Below are positions 1-9,282 of a DNA stretch of 64,000 nt, one piece after another. Position 1 is the first letter of the stretch. Every line of letters begins with the position of its first letter. Source of the stretch: Fidelibacterota bacterium (GTDB lineage: Bacteria > Fidelibacterota > Fidelibacteria > Fidelibacterales > Fidelibacteraceae); NCBI GenBank assembly GCA_030600775.1, contig JAUVLI010000001.1, positions 9,230 through 73,229 on the forward strand. The letters run 5' to 3'. A program made the position numbers and the translations under genes. Below the pieces are notes generated by a model. That model was not told the origin of the DNA. It worked only from the letters and a program-made list of their open reading frames with translations, and ran no database searches.

Positions 1-575
1 TTATCAATTATTGCCAATTTTTTATTCCAGAATGACGCATAACTTCGTGCCCTTGGAACGCTTCCCATATCTGGTGCAACTATTACTGTATTTTCTTTCA
101 ATAGATCTTTGTCTTTAATAAAATTCAAAAAAGTCGGCCTTGAATACAAATGGTCAAACGGGACATCTACATAACCCTGAATTTGAGTAGAATGGAGATC
201 CATTGAAATCAACCTTTGAGCACCGGCTTTGACTATTAAATCCATAAACAATCTTGCGGAAATTGGAACACGAGGTTGATCTTTTCGGTCTTGTCTTGCA
301 TAACCGTAATATGGAATAACGGCTGTAATTCTACCTGCAGATGCTCTCTTTGCGGCATCTAATAATAGTAATAATTCCAAATAATTTTCAGCAGGTGAAT
401 TTGTCGATTGAACAATAAAAATATCATCACCTCTGATACTTTCTTCAAACTTACACCAGATCTCACCATCACTGAATTTTTTGAGAGTCAAATTTCCTAA
501 TTCCATATCCAAAGAATCACAAATTTTCTTTGCTAATGGTAAATTAGAACTACCGGAAAATATTTTTAATTTCAT
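1..575 (-). CDS. prs: ribose-phosphate pyrophosphokinase (PRPP synthetase), N-terminal ~191 codons; 3' end lies outside the window
   Basis: Not in the ORF track because it runs off the window start. My minus-strand translation from ATG at 575-573 reads MKLKIFSGSSNLPLAKKICDSLDMELGNLTLKKFSDGEIWCKFEESIRGDDIFIVQS...RITAVIPYYGYARQDRKDQPRVPISARL...DLHSTQIQGY. This is a typical Prs N-terminus with the YARQDRK motif. Confidence 0.85.
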   Translation of the reverse strand, partial: MKLKIFSGSSNLPLAKKICDSLDMELGNLTLKKFSDGEIWCKFEESIRGDDIFIVQSTNSPAENYLELLLLLDAAKRASAGRITAVIPYYGYARQDRKDQPRVPISARLFMDLIVKAGAQRLISMDLHSTQIQGYVDVPFDHLYSRPTFLNFIKDKDLLKENTVIVAPDMGSVPRARSYASFWNKKLAIID

Positions 576-628
576 ATTAATATTCTCACTTTTTTAATAG
601 ATTGTTTATTATTATTGTATATGTTTTG

Positions 629-699
629 CTCAGGGGAAGGGAATCGAACCCCTATCGCATGGACCAAAACCATGTGTCCTACCGTTAGACTACCCCCGA
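629..699 (-). tRNA. tRNA-Gln (anticodon UUG)
   Basis: The minus strand reads TCGGGGGTAGTCTAACGGTAGGACACATGGTTTTGGTCCATGCGATAGGGGTTCGATTCCCTTCCCCTGAG (71 nt). It folds as a cloverleaf: 7-bp acceptor with U1-A72, a D arm, anticodon stem CATGG/CCATG with loop TTTTGGT (UUG), T arm AGGGG-TTCGATT-CCCTT and discriminator G. No CCA is encoded. Confidence 0.9.
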
Positions 700-714
700 G
701 TATAATTTTCATAT

Positions 715-1563
715 TTATATCGGCTTCGCAATAACAACTTTACCAAATTCCTTTAAATTACTTTTCGCCTTTTTTGCCGATGATAAATTTTCAAATATTC
801 CATACACAGTCGAGCCAGAACCCGACAAACTGGTAAAAACAGCATCATTCTTTTTCAATTTCTCTTTAATAATACCAATTTGCGGATATGCCGGAATAAT
901 AATTTTTTCAAAATCATTTTCAAAAAACTGCCATTTAAAACCATTTTCTAAATAGCTTGATAAAATAGTGTTTTTTATCTTATCTGTCAAGGAAATATTT
1001 AATGAATTATAAGCCCAATTCGTTGATATGTTAATTTTTGGAATAATTAATAACACAAACCATTCTTTTGGTAAAAATAATTGTTCTAATTTTTCACCAA
1101 TTCCTGTTGCATAAGCTGTGTGACCTTTAATAAAAAATGGGACATCGGCACCTATTTTTTCAGCGTACTTTGATAATAAACGATTTTTCCCATTATCATT
1201 GATCTTTAATTTTTCAGAATAATTAAATAAATATTTCAAAACAACTGCTGCATTTGCCGATCCACCTCCCAATCCAGCTCCTATAGGAATATTCTTTTTT
1301 AATTTAAAATGTGCTCCGAAATTTACCGGTAATAACGGTTTTATTAAATTAGCTGTTTTTATTATTATATTATTATCTGTTTCTAATGATTTATTATTAC
1401 ATTCAATAGTAAAAATTCCACTATTGTTTTTCCCAACATTTATCTCATCATGAAAATCAATTTCCTGAAACACCGTTTCAATTAAATGATAACCATCTTC
1501 TCTTTTCCCAAGAATTCTCAATCCAATATTTATCTTACTATTTGATTTTAAGGTTGTGCTCAT
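715..1563 (-). CDS. ispE: 4-diphosphocytidyl-2-C-methyl-D-erythritol kinase
   Basis: 282 aa. GHMP-kinase motif PIGAGLGGGSANAA. N-terminus KINIGLRILGKREDGYHLIETVF. Classic ispE-prs neighbourhood. Confidence 0.9.
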   Translation of the reverse strand: MSTTLKSNSKINIGLRILGKREDGYHLIETVFQEIDFHDEINVGKNNSGIFTIECNNKSLETDNNIIIKTANLIKPLLPVNFGAHFKLKKNIPIGAGLGGGSANAAVVLKYLFNYSEKLKINDNGKNRLLSKYAEKIGADVPFFIKGHTAYATGIGEKLEQLFLPKEWFVLLIIPKINISTNWAYNSLNISLTDKIKNTILSSYLENGFKWQFFENDFEKIIIPAYPQIGIIKEKLKKNDAVFTSLSGSGSTVYGIFENLSSAKKAKSNLKEFGKVVIAKPI

Positions 1564-1659
1564 GTTTTTCTATTAAATAATTATTTGTTTTTTCGTTTAT
1601 GTTTTTATTGATCTCACACAAAGAATTATTTTTACTTTGCGACTTTTTACAAGAAATTC

Positions 1660-2367
1660 TTAATTAACAATAGTAACACCACCAAATACAATGGAGGTAT
1701 CAATATACACAATCGGCGATTTTTCTGTAAATTTTCCAACATTTGTTCTTTTATCATCAAATCCACCAAAAATCGGTATTCCCTTTTGAACTATTTTCCA
1801 ATTTGATGGTATTTTTAAATCTATTCCACCAAATATTGCAGTTAATTCAATTACAATTTCATTTTCCTGTATTTTTGCATTTAACAGATTAATTTCTAAT
1901 CCACCAAAAATAGCCGTTGCTCTTCCTCTCTTAACATCTGTGGAATTGATATGGTTTTTTGAACCACCGAAAATAATGAAATAATCAAATTCGTTTGACT
2001 TCTCAATTAATGTTTCATTACTTTTCCTATTTCTATGAAATGGACTTTTAAAAAATATACTCAGTCCAATAAATACAAATATCAACGGCCAAAAAATATC
2101 CGATAAATTCCAATTAAAATTATCAAAAAAGCCAAAATTATTTGACAAGAAAATTAATCCAAGAACAAGAAAAATAATTCCAATTTTTTTATTTAATTTA
2201 CCTGAAAATAGTTTTTTTAATCCGATAATAATTAATATCAGGGGCCACCATTTAGCAATACTAAAATCAAAATTAAATAATTCAAAATTTTTTGCCAACA
2301 ATAATAGCCCAAAAGCAATAAAAATTATTGCAATAAATGATCTGTTTTGCTCGTGATGATTTTTCAT
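1660..2367 (-). CDS. LiaF-like membrane protein (LiaI-LiaF-like TM region plus DUF2154/toastrack-like C-terminus)
   Basis: 235 aa. N-terminal TM helices carry WWPLILIIIG / FWPLIFVFIG motifs. The C-terminal half has the repeated IFGG pattern (IIFGGS, AIFGGLE, AIFGGID, PIFGGFD, IVFGGV) typical of LiaF C-domains. Confidence 0.5.
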   Translation of the reverse strand: MKNHHEQNRSFIAIIFIAFGLLLLAKNFELFNFDFSIAKWWPLILIIIGLKKLFSGKLNKKIGIIFLVLGLIFLSNNFGFFDNFNWNLSDIFWPLIFVFIGLSIFFKSPFHRNRKSNETLIEKSNEFDYFIIFGGSKNHINSTDVKRGRATAIFGGLEINLLNAKIQENEIVIELTAIFGGIDLKIPSNWKIVQKGIPIFGGFDDKRTNVGKFTEKSPIVYIDTSIVFGGVTIVN

Positions 2368-2391
2368 TTTTCTCCTTTTTATTTTATTTTC

Positions 2392-4608
2392 TTAAAATTC
2401 GAGTCCAATTCTTGCCCAAGATATTGGAGTGTAATTATCATTATTCAATATTGAAACACCATAACTAATTGGACCAATAGGTGTCTCATATACAAGAAAT
2501 ACCTCGCTTCCAATTTGGGAAGTATTCGAGAAAATATTTGTATCATTAACATTTATATGATGTGATTCCCTGATAAAAAATTGTAATTTCAACCAGAGAT
2601 CATTAAATAAAAATTCATTGCATACGCCAACTAATCCACTCCAAGTGTTGTCCGCAAAAAATTCTTCACCTATTTCGTATTGCAAATATTGTGGTTGATC
2701 TTGAATAAAGTATTCTAATAGAGGTGCGTTTCCATAAATTTTACCATATTTGAAATTCCCATATATTCTAAAAGCATTGGTCAGTTTTTTGCCGAATTCA
2801 CCTTGAATATCAATTTTCAAATAACTGTCTTTTCCAAAAGTATCAAATTTTCCTAACTTATCAATTTTTTGTCCTATTTGGGAGTTTATTTCTATTCTCG
2901 AACCAATTATTGTTGGATGTAATTCGCTATCTTTAATATAATTATAAGAAAATCCAATATATGTGTAAGGTTTATTATAATTATAATTTGCCATATATTT
3001 AGAAATATTATTTTTAGTATCCGAATAACTTCCACCTTTTCCACAAAGATAAAGATCTGCTTTTCTATCCCAACCAAGTGAAGCAGATGCAATAACATCG
3101 AATTTATAAATTGTTTTATAAATATTACTAATTCCATAAATATTTCCTTTATATAAGTATCGATGAAGGGATGGAGACAAACTAAGTGAATATCGTAATT
3201 TTGCCATTGGAACTTTATATAAATTTAATATAGATATTGATGATTTCAATCCGTTATGGTAATTGCCAACAAATAAATAATTTTTTAAAATTAGTGAAGT
3301 ATTTTTTATGCGATTATTAAAAATAGAGGCATACATATTCATACCGGCGTTGCTATCAAAATAAAATCCTCCACGCAGTTCAATTTTTTCATTTTCCTTT
3401 AAATCAATGGTAACAATTAATTCATCATTTAATTGATCATTTGTAATATTAAAATCTACGCTGTTAAAATATCCTGTAAAATAAAGTCGTTGAATACCGG
3501 AATGGAAGTCGTCATAATTGAACATAATATTCTTATTTAAAGCCATCATCGTAGTAATTTGATTTTTTGTAAATTTCTTATTTCCTTTTATGATCAATTT
3601 CCATCTTTTCTTGTCCTTAAAATAATTTCTGTATCGATTCTGTTTTTTATGAAACGAATTTATATCTCTATTAGTGTTTACTATTTTGGTAAGTTTTTTT
3701 GCAAGTACTTTCCCTTTTTCATATCCTCTTTTTATTGCTGTATCTCCTGTTGAAAAATCAAAAAGAGAAATATCAGAATTGTCGATTTGAATAAATTCAT
3801 CATAATTTTCCACATATTCCGAATCGCTACGAGCAGCCAAAATGTTACTTAAATAATCTGCCATTGACGATATATCTTTTATTTCGTTTTGCTTCGGTGG
3901 CACATCACTTACATTAACAGCTACAATATAATTTGCTCCCATATTTATTGCCACTTCAATAGGAAGATTGTCATATAATCCACCATCTGCCATAATAGTT
4001 GAATCCATTATTACCGGTTCAAATACAATTGGATAAGCCATTGATGCTCGCATAGCCTTCGCCAAAGATCCCTCAGAGAATACGACAGATTCCTTATTTA
4101 TAATATCTGCACCAACACAACGAAATGGTATAGCAAGAGAATCAAAGTTTGAATTGGATTGACAATTTCCGGGCATTGTCCAATATGAGATAAAATTATT
4201 TATTCTTTGATCATTAAACAGCCCGAATGGTTTTATTATTTTTTTCTCGTCTTTATCAACAAACAAATTGATCTGTTTCGGAAGATTATTAAGTCGATAT
4301 TCAATTGGAATATCATTATCATTTATTTTATTATTAAAAATATCATTTAACTCCCCTGATTTAGAAATTTCTTCCATTTTTTTTATTGACATTCCCGAAA
4401 CATATAAACCACCAACCAATGCGCCTGCACTCGCTCCTGTAATACAGTATATTGGAATTTGATACTCTTCAAATGCTTTTAAAATACCAATATGAGAGAT
4501 TCCTTTTGCACCTCCACCACTCAACACTAATCCTATCCTAATATTTTGTGCAAAGATATTTCCTATAAATATAATACAGATCAAAAGTTTTAATAATAAT
4601 TTCTTCAT
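2392..4608 (-). CDS. patatin-like phospholipase fused to an Omp85/BamA-type outer-membrane barrel (PlpD/RssA-like, type Vd autotransporter architecture)
   Basis: 738 aa with a signal peptide. Patatin motifs present: GLVLSGGGAKG (oxyanion hole), GASAGA (GxSxG serine) and ADGGLYDN (catalytic Asp). The long C-terminal beta-rich region ends ...SWARIGLEF. Confidence 0.75.
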   Translation of the reverse strand: MKKLLLKLLICIIFIGNIFAQNIRIGLVLSGGGAKGISHIGILKAFEEYQIPIYCITGASAGALVGGLYVSGMSIKKMEEISKSGELNDIFNNKINDNDIPIEYRLNNLPKQINLFVDKDEKKIIKPFGLFNDQRINNFISYWTMPGNCQSNSNFDSLAIPFRCVGADIINKESVVFSEGSLAKAMRASMAYPIVFEPVIMDSTIMADGGLYDNLPIEVAINMGANYIVAVNVSDVPPKQNEIKDISSMADYLSNILAARSDSEYVENYDEFIQIDNSDISLFDFSTGDTAIKRGYEKGKVLAKKLTKIVNTNRDINSFHKKQNRYRNYFKDKKRWKLIIKGNKKFTKNQITTMMALNKNIMFNYDDFHSGIQRLYFTGYFNSVDFNITNDQLNDELIVTIDLKENEKIELRGGFYFDSNAGMNMYASIFNNRIKNTSLILKNYLFVGNYHNGLKSSISILNLYKVPMAKLRYSLSLSPSLHRYLYKGNIYGISNIYKTIYKFDVIASASLGWDRKADLYLCGKGGSYSDTKNNISKYMANYNYNKPYTYIGFSYNYIKDSELHPTIIGSRIEINSQIGQKIDKLGKFDTFGKDSYLKIDIQGEFGKKLTNAFRIYGNFKYGKIYGNAPLLEYFIQDQPQYLQYEIGEEFFADNTWSGLVGVCNEFLFNDLWLKLQFFIRESHHINVNDTNIFSNTSQIGSEVFLVYETPIGPISYGVSILNNDNYTPISWARIGLEF

Positions 4609-4839
4609 TTGTATGTAAATTATAAAAAAATTTTAAAAATATCTAATGATTTTGTAAATATTGTCTTACCGAAGAATAAAAAAGAAAGTAATAATTTTGT
4701 AATAATATCAAAAGAATTATGAATTTTCCTATATCCCCAAATTTTATTAATGTTTTGCGATAAATTATATTTTGAAAGTTGTATTTTTTCTACACGAGAT
4801 CAATTCTTTGTAACAAAACTTTATCATTTAAATATTTGA

Positions 4840-5036
4840 AGTTTGAGAACGGTGGGGTAAGGGTTGGTTATGTGCCGTTTCTCGTTAGAACATGGCATAT
4901 AGCCTTTGTTATCGGTTGGATTTTGGAGATCATCATCCTTAAACCTTTTTTATTAACGGTTAGGCATAAGCGGTGGTGGGCCCCTTGGCAAGAACATAAT
5001 GCATGCCCCAGCTGAAGCCGTCCAACTTGATGCCGT
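4840..5036. other. G+C-rich candidate structured RNA or foreign DNA remnant; family and strand not identified
   Basis: Inside a 484-bp gap, about 200 nt are visibly richer in G/C than all flanking DNA, with runs such as ggtggggtaaggg, gcggtggtgggcccc and gcatgcccc. One local hairpin is tgccgtttct-cgtt-agaacatggca (4873-4897). The only ORF here (4779-5015) looks non-coding. Confidence 0.3.
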
Positions 5037-5092
5037 TGTTAGATGAAATTTTATCTTATGACAACATCAAACTCAAGTAAATATACGAGTGT

Positions 5093-5491
5093 TTACTCTT
5101 GTTTTTTCCACCAATTATAAAACGGAAGTAATTCTTTAAGTAACACTGTTTTGTTTATATCCAAAATAATTTCAGTATTTAAGTTTTCTTCGTTTACTTC
5201 GCGTATAAATTGGCGACAGTTACCGCACGGTGGAATAACAAAAACACTTCCATCTGCATCTTTCCAGACAGCTACAATCTTTTTTATTTTATATTCGCCA
5301 TCTGTGATCATTGAACCAATCGCATTGCGCTCTGCACAAATAGTGTTGGAACCAACATCAGCAGATATACCGACATAAACTTCATTTTTGTCAGATATTA
5401 AAGCACAGCCAACATCTCCAAATAATCCGTTTTTTGTTCTTCTGGTTTTGACCACAGACGTTGCTTTTATAATCAATTCTTTGTTTGTCAT
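5093..5491 (-). CDS. cdd: cytidine deaminase
   Basis: 132 aa. Zinc-ligand motifs CAERNAI and PCGNCRQ of the small tetrameric cytidine deaminases. Confidence 0.85.
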   Translation of the reverse strand: MTNKELIIKATSVVKTRRTKNGLFGDVGCALISDKNEVYVGISADVGSNTICAERNAIGSMITDGEYKIKKIVAVWKDADGSVFVIPPCGNCRQFIREVNEENLNTEIILDINKTVLLKELLPFYNWWKKQE

Positions 5492-5650
5492 ACTATTTTT
5501 ATTCCTTTGCTATTGTTTCATCTAACATAAGATCAGGTGTAATAATGAAAATACCAAATATTTTATTGATTTTTTTATAATAGTTTGGTTATGCGTAGTG
5601 AGTATATTTCGAAGCACTTCACTTATAAGTTGCTATATTGTTAATTATTC

Positions 5651-6985
5651 CTAATTACTGACTACTTCATTGATCTTGTCATTAACCACCGATTCAATTT
5701 TCCCAATCGCAATTCGTTCTTGTTTTAAAGAATCTCGTTCTCTGATAGTAACTGTATTATCATCTAATGATTGGTGATCCACAGTGATACAAAAAGGCGT
5801 TCCTGCTTCATCCTGTCTTCTATATCTTTTACCGATAGAACCGCCATCGTCATAAACTGATGGAATTTTAAATTTAAGCTCGTCAAATATTTTACGAGCT
5901 ATTTCCGGCATTCCTTGCTTATTGAACAGTGGAAAGATCGCAACTTTTATTGGTGCAATTTCGGGTGAAAATCTCATAACTATTCTGTCATTTTCTTCAT
6001 CTTCCCAGTAAGAATCTGCTAAAATTGTTAAAACTGTTCTATCTATTCCGGCTGATGTCTCAATAACCGCTGGAATGATTTTCTCTCCACGATTCTGCTG
6101 ATCAACATAATGTAATTTTTTACCACTATTTTTTATGTGTTGAGTAAGATCGAATGTTCCCCTATCTGCAATTCCCTCTAATTCGGAAAAGCCAAAAGGA
6201 AACTCGTATTCTATATCATAACAAGCAGTAGAATAATGAGCCAATTCATCTTCACTATGTGGACGTAATCGTAATTTTTCAGGATTGATACCTAACGATC
6301 TATACCAATTCAAACGCTCATTTTTCCAATATTCCAACCATTTATCATTTTCACCGGGACGAATAAAAAATTCCATCTCCATCTGTTCAAATTCTCTCGT
6401 TCGAAAAATAAAATTTCCGGTAGTAATCTCATTACGAAAAGCTTTACCGATCTGAGCAATCCCAAAAGGTAATTTTACTCTGTTCGATGAAGTGATATTA
6501 TTGAAATTAATAAATATTCCCTGTGCTGTTTCCGGACGCAAATAAATTTCTTGAGATGATTCTTCCGTAGAACCAAGTGTTGTTTTGAACATCAAATTAA
6601 ATTGTTTCGGTTCACTTAATTCACCATTACATTCCGGACAATGAGTGGTATTTTCAGGTAAATTATCAACTCGATATCTCTTGTGACATTTTTTACATTC
6701 TACCATCGGATCGTGAAAATTTTCCACATGACCTGATGCTTCCCAAACCTTCGGATGCATTAATATTGCTGAATCCATTCCCAAAATATTTTCACGTGCA
6801 GTTACAATATTTCGCCACCAATGATCTTTAATATTTCTTTTTAACTCAACCCCCAAAGGACCATAATCATATACAGCATTAATACTACCATAAATTTCAC
6901 TACTTTGAAATAATATTCCTCTTCTTCTGGAAAGTGAAATAATTTTTTCGATCACCGGGTTAGTTTTTACTTTCTTTTTTGCCAT
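5651..6985 (-). CDS. glyQS: glycine--tRNA ligase (alpha2 type)
   Basis: 444 aa. N-terminus ...SLSRRRGILFQSSEIYGSINAVYDYGPLGVELKRNIKDHWW is characteristic of GlyQS. Class II aaRS core. Confidence 0.9.
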   Translation of the reverse strand: MAKKKVKTNPVIEKIISLSRRRGILFQSSEIYGSINAVYDYGPLGVELKRNIKDHWWRNIVTARENILGMDSAILMHPKVWEASGHVENFHDPMVECKKCHKRYRVDNLPENTTHCPECNGELSEPKQFNLMFKTTLGSTEESSQEIYLRPETAQGIFINFNNITSSNRVKLPFGIAQIGKAFRNEITTGNFIFRTREFEQMEMEFFIRPGENDKWLEYWKNERLNWYRSLGINPEKLRLRPHSEDELAHYSTACYDIEYEFPFGFSELEGIADRGTFDLTQHIKNSGKKLHYVDQQNRGEKIIPAVIETSAGIDRTVLTILADSYWEDEENDRIVMRFSPEIAPIKVAIFPLFNKQGMPEIARKIFDELKFKIPSVYDDGGSIGKRYRRQDEAGTPFCITVDHQSLDDNTVTIRERDSLKQERIAIGKIESVVNDKINEVVSN

Positions 6986-9282
6986 TTTTTACCTTTTTTG
7001 CCATTTAATTTTTTATCAATAATTTCTTTACATTTTTCTATCGTTATCTTTTCCGCATCTATAGTTTTTGGTATTTTGTAATTCTTTTTATTAAATGAAA
7101 TGTAGGGACCGTATATTCCATTTAGAATTGTCATTCCCTCATTTACAAATTCTTTTAAAATGTTTTTTCTTTTCTGTTTTCTGCTTTCTTCAATTATTTC
7201 AATTGCTCTTTTATTATCAATCGAATCCGGCGTGTCAGGTTTTTTGATCGAAGCAAACTTTGAATTGTGTCTAATATAAGGGCCATATTTTCCTAAACCA
7301 ACAACCATTTCTTTCCCTTCATAATTCCCTATTTTGCGAGGAAATTTAAGCAATTTTAAAGCTTCTTCAAGCGTGATTGAATTTAATGACTGTTTTTTAT
7401 TTATTTTTGCAAAATCGGGTTTTTCTTCACCTTTTGATTCACCTCTCTGAATTACTGCACCATACCTGGCAATTTTTGCATAAATGTTTTTCCCAGTTCT
7501 TGGATCTTTTCCCAATCGCCGTTCACCTTTATGTTTATCCGCTTTTTTTTCTGTCTCTATGACTTTTGCATGAAAAGGTTGGTAGAATTCTTTTAGCATA
7601 TCTTGCCATTTCAATTTACCTTCTGCAATTTTATCAAAATCATCTTCAATATGAGCTGTGAAATTATAATTTAAGATATCTTTGAAATATTTTAACAAGA
7701 ATTCATTTACAACAATTCCAATATCTGTAGGAAATAATTTTGACTTCTGTACTCCCGTGTTTTCTGTTTTTTGGAATTCTTCAATCTTCCCATTTTCTAA
7801 AAGTACATAATCATAATCTCTTTTATTTCCTTTTCTGTTTTCTTGCACTACATATTTCCTTTTTTGGATCGTAGAAATGGTAGGTGCATAAGTTGATGGA
7901 CGACCAATTCCCAATTCTTCTAATTTCTTAACTAATGTTGCCTCTGAAAATCTTGCCGGTGGTTGAGAAAATTTCTGAGTAGCATCCATTTTCAACAAAT
8001 CCAAATCATCACCAATTTTTATTGGTGGCAGAATATTTTTATTCACACTTTGCGATTTTCCTTCATCAAAATATACCTTTAAAAAACCATCAAATTTTAA
8101 AATTTCACCGTTGGCAATTAAATTTTTCTTCGAAGTGGAAATATCTATAGTTACTTTTGTTTTCTCAACTTTTGCAGGACTCATTTGAGATGCGATCGTT
8201 CGTTTCCAAATTAAATTGTATAATTTCTTTTGTGAAACATTTTTACCTGCAATGTCCTTTTGCAAATTTGTAGGACGGATTGCCTCATGTGCTTCTTGAG
8301 CACTTTTACTTTTTGTTTTGAAATTACGCGGTTTTGAATATTCCTCACCAAATTTATTCGTAATAACATCTATCGCTTTAGCGATCGCCATTTTAGATAG
8401 ATTTAAAGAATCTGTTCTCATATAAGTTATTGATCCGGCTTCATATAATTGCTGAGCAAGTGCCATCGTCCTTGATACGGAATATCCCATTTTTCTATTA
8501 GCTTCTTGTTGTAAAGTTGAGGTAATAAATGGCGGTGCCGGTGATTTTGTTCCGGGCTTTTTTTCAATATTGCCAACAGAAAATTTTGCGCTTTTGCAAT
8601 CATTTAAAAATTCTAATGCAGATGATTTAGATTTTAAATTTTTTAACAGATCAGCAGTAAATTCGTATGCTTTTCCATCCTTTATTATTTTAAAATATGC
8701 AACTATTTTAAATGATTTTTCACTTTTAAATTTAGATATTTTATCCTCTCGTTCAACTATCAATCTAACTGCAACGGATTGTACTCGTCCAGCAGAAAGT
8801 GCCGGCTTGATTTTTTTCCACAACAGCGGAGATAATTCATATCCAACTAATCTATCGAGAATTCTACGCGCTTGTTGTGCATCAACTAATTTTTGATCAA
8901 CTAAACCTGGATTTTTAATTGCATCATTTATTGCCGATTTGGTTATTTCATGAAAAACAATTCGTTTTGTGTCATTTACATCCAAATTCAAAGTAGTACA
9001 TAAATGCCAAGCAATTGCTTCACCTTCCCGATCTTGATCGGTAGCAAGATAAATAGAATCAGCTTTTCTTACAGCAATTTTTAATTCTTTTATAACTTTT
9101 GCTTTTTTTGAAGATGTAACATAAGTTGGAATAAATCCGTTTTCAGTATCTATACCCATTTTAGAAGATGGCAGGTCTCTTATATGTCCCATTGAAGCAA
9201 TAGCATCATATTCCTTGCCCAGAAATCTCTTAATTGTATTTGCTTTTGATGGTGATTCTACTATTATTAATTTTTTACTCAC
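6967..9282 (-). CDS. topA: DNA topoisomerase I
   Basis: 771 aa. Toprim N-terminus LIIVESPSKANTIKRFLG, DQDREGEAIAWH motif and active-site region ITYMRTDS. Lys-rich C-terminus. Confidence 0.95.
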   Translation of the reverse strand: MSKKLIIVESPSKANTIKRFLGKEYDAIASMGHIRDLPSSKMGIDTENGFIPTYVTSSKKAKVIKELKIAVRKADSIYLATDQDREGEAIAWHLCTTLNLDVNDTKRIVFHEITKSAINDAIKNPGLVDQKLVDAQQARRILDRLVGYELSPLLWKKIKPALSAGRVQSVAVRLIVEREDKISKFKSEKSFKIVAYFKIIKDGKAYEFTADLLKNLKSKSSALEFLNDCKSAKFSVGNIEKKPGTKSPAPPFITSTLQQEANRKMGYSVSRTMALAQQLYEAGSITYMRTDSLNLSKMAIAKAIDVITNKFGEEYSKPRNFKTKSKSAQEAHEAIRPTNLQKDIAGKNVSQKKLYNLIWKRTIASQMSPAKVEKTKVTIDISTSKKNLIANGEILKFDGFLKVYFDEGKSQSVNKNILPPIKIGDDLDLLKMDATQKFSQPPARFSEATLVKKLEELGIGRPSTYAPTISTIQKRKYVVQENRKGNKRDYDYVLLENGKIEEFQKTENTGVQKSKLFPTDIGIVVNEFLLKYFKDILNYNFTAHIEDDFDKIAEGKLKWQDMLKEFYQPFHAKVIETEKKADKHKGERRLGKDPRTGKNIYAKIARYGAVIQRGESKGEEKPDFAKINKKQSLNSITLEEALKLLKFPRKIGNYEGKEMVVGLGKYGPYIRHNSKFASIKKPDTPDSIDNKRAIEIIEESRKQKRKNILKEFVNEGMTILNGIYGPYISFNKKNYKIPKTIDAEKITIEKCKEIIDKKLNGKKGKKWQKRK

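Noticed and set aside
629-699. tRNA-Gln as an integration hotspot for a genomic island.
   Set aside because: It is flanked directly by the conserved ispE and prs genes. There is no integrase, no direct repeat of the tRNA 3' end and no accessory genes nearby.
4779-5015. 78-aa plus-strand ORF (MYFFYTRSILCNKTL...RWWAPWQEHNACPS) in the cdd-patatin gap.
   Set aside because: It has a TTG start without an RBS and a Trp/Arg-rich, odd composition. It lies exactly over the G+C-rich patch, where long ORFs arise by chance because stop codons are A/T-rich. I treat it as non-coding.
4840-5060. Possible RNase P RNA, 5S rRNA, T-box or SAM/cobalamin riboswitch, based on short string resemblances. These are ggtggggtaaggg versus the RNase P GGUGCGGUAAGAGC, tagatgaa versus UAGAUGAAUGA, gcggtggt...catgcc...gaag...gccgt versus 5S, and ggtggt versus the T-box.
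   Set aside because: The obligatory cores are missing: no GGAAAGUCC (CR-I) and no ACAGAA.CCGGCUUA for RNase P. No helix-I closure exists for 5S. There is no downstream same-strand gene for a T-box or riboswitch on the plus strand. These are only 6-13-nt look-alikes, so the family is left unassigned.
6967-6985. 19-nt overlap between the topA stop and the glyQS start, as possible recoding or coupling.
   Set aside because: This is an ordinary operon-style overlap in a Lys-rich tail. An alternative downstream start for glyQS cannot be excluded, and nothing is unusual in the sequence.
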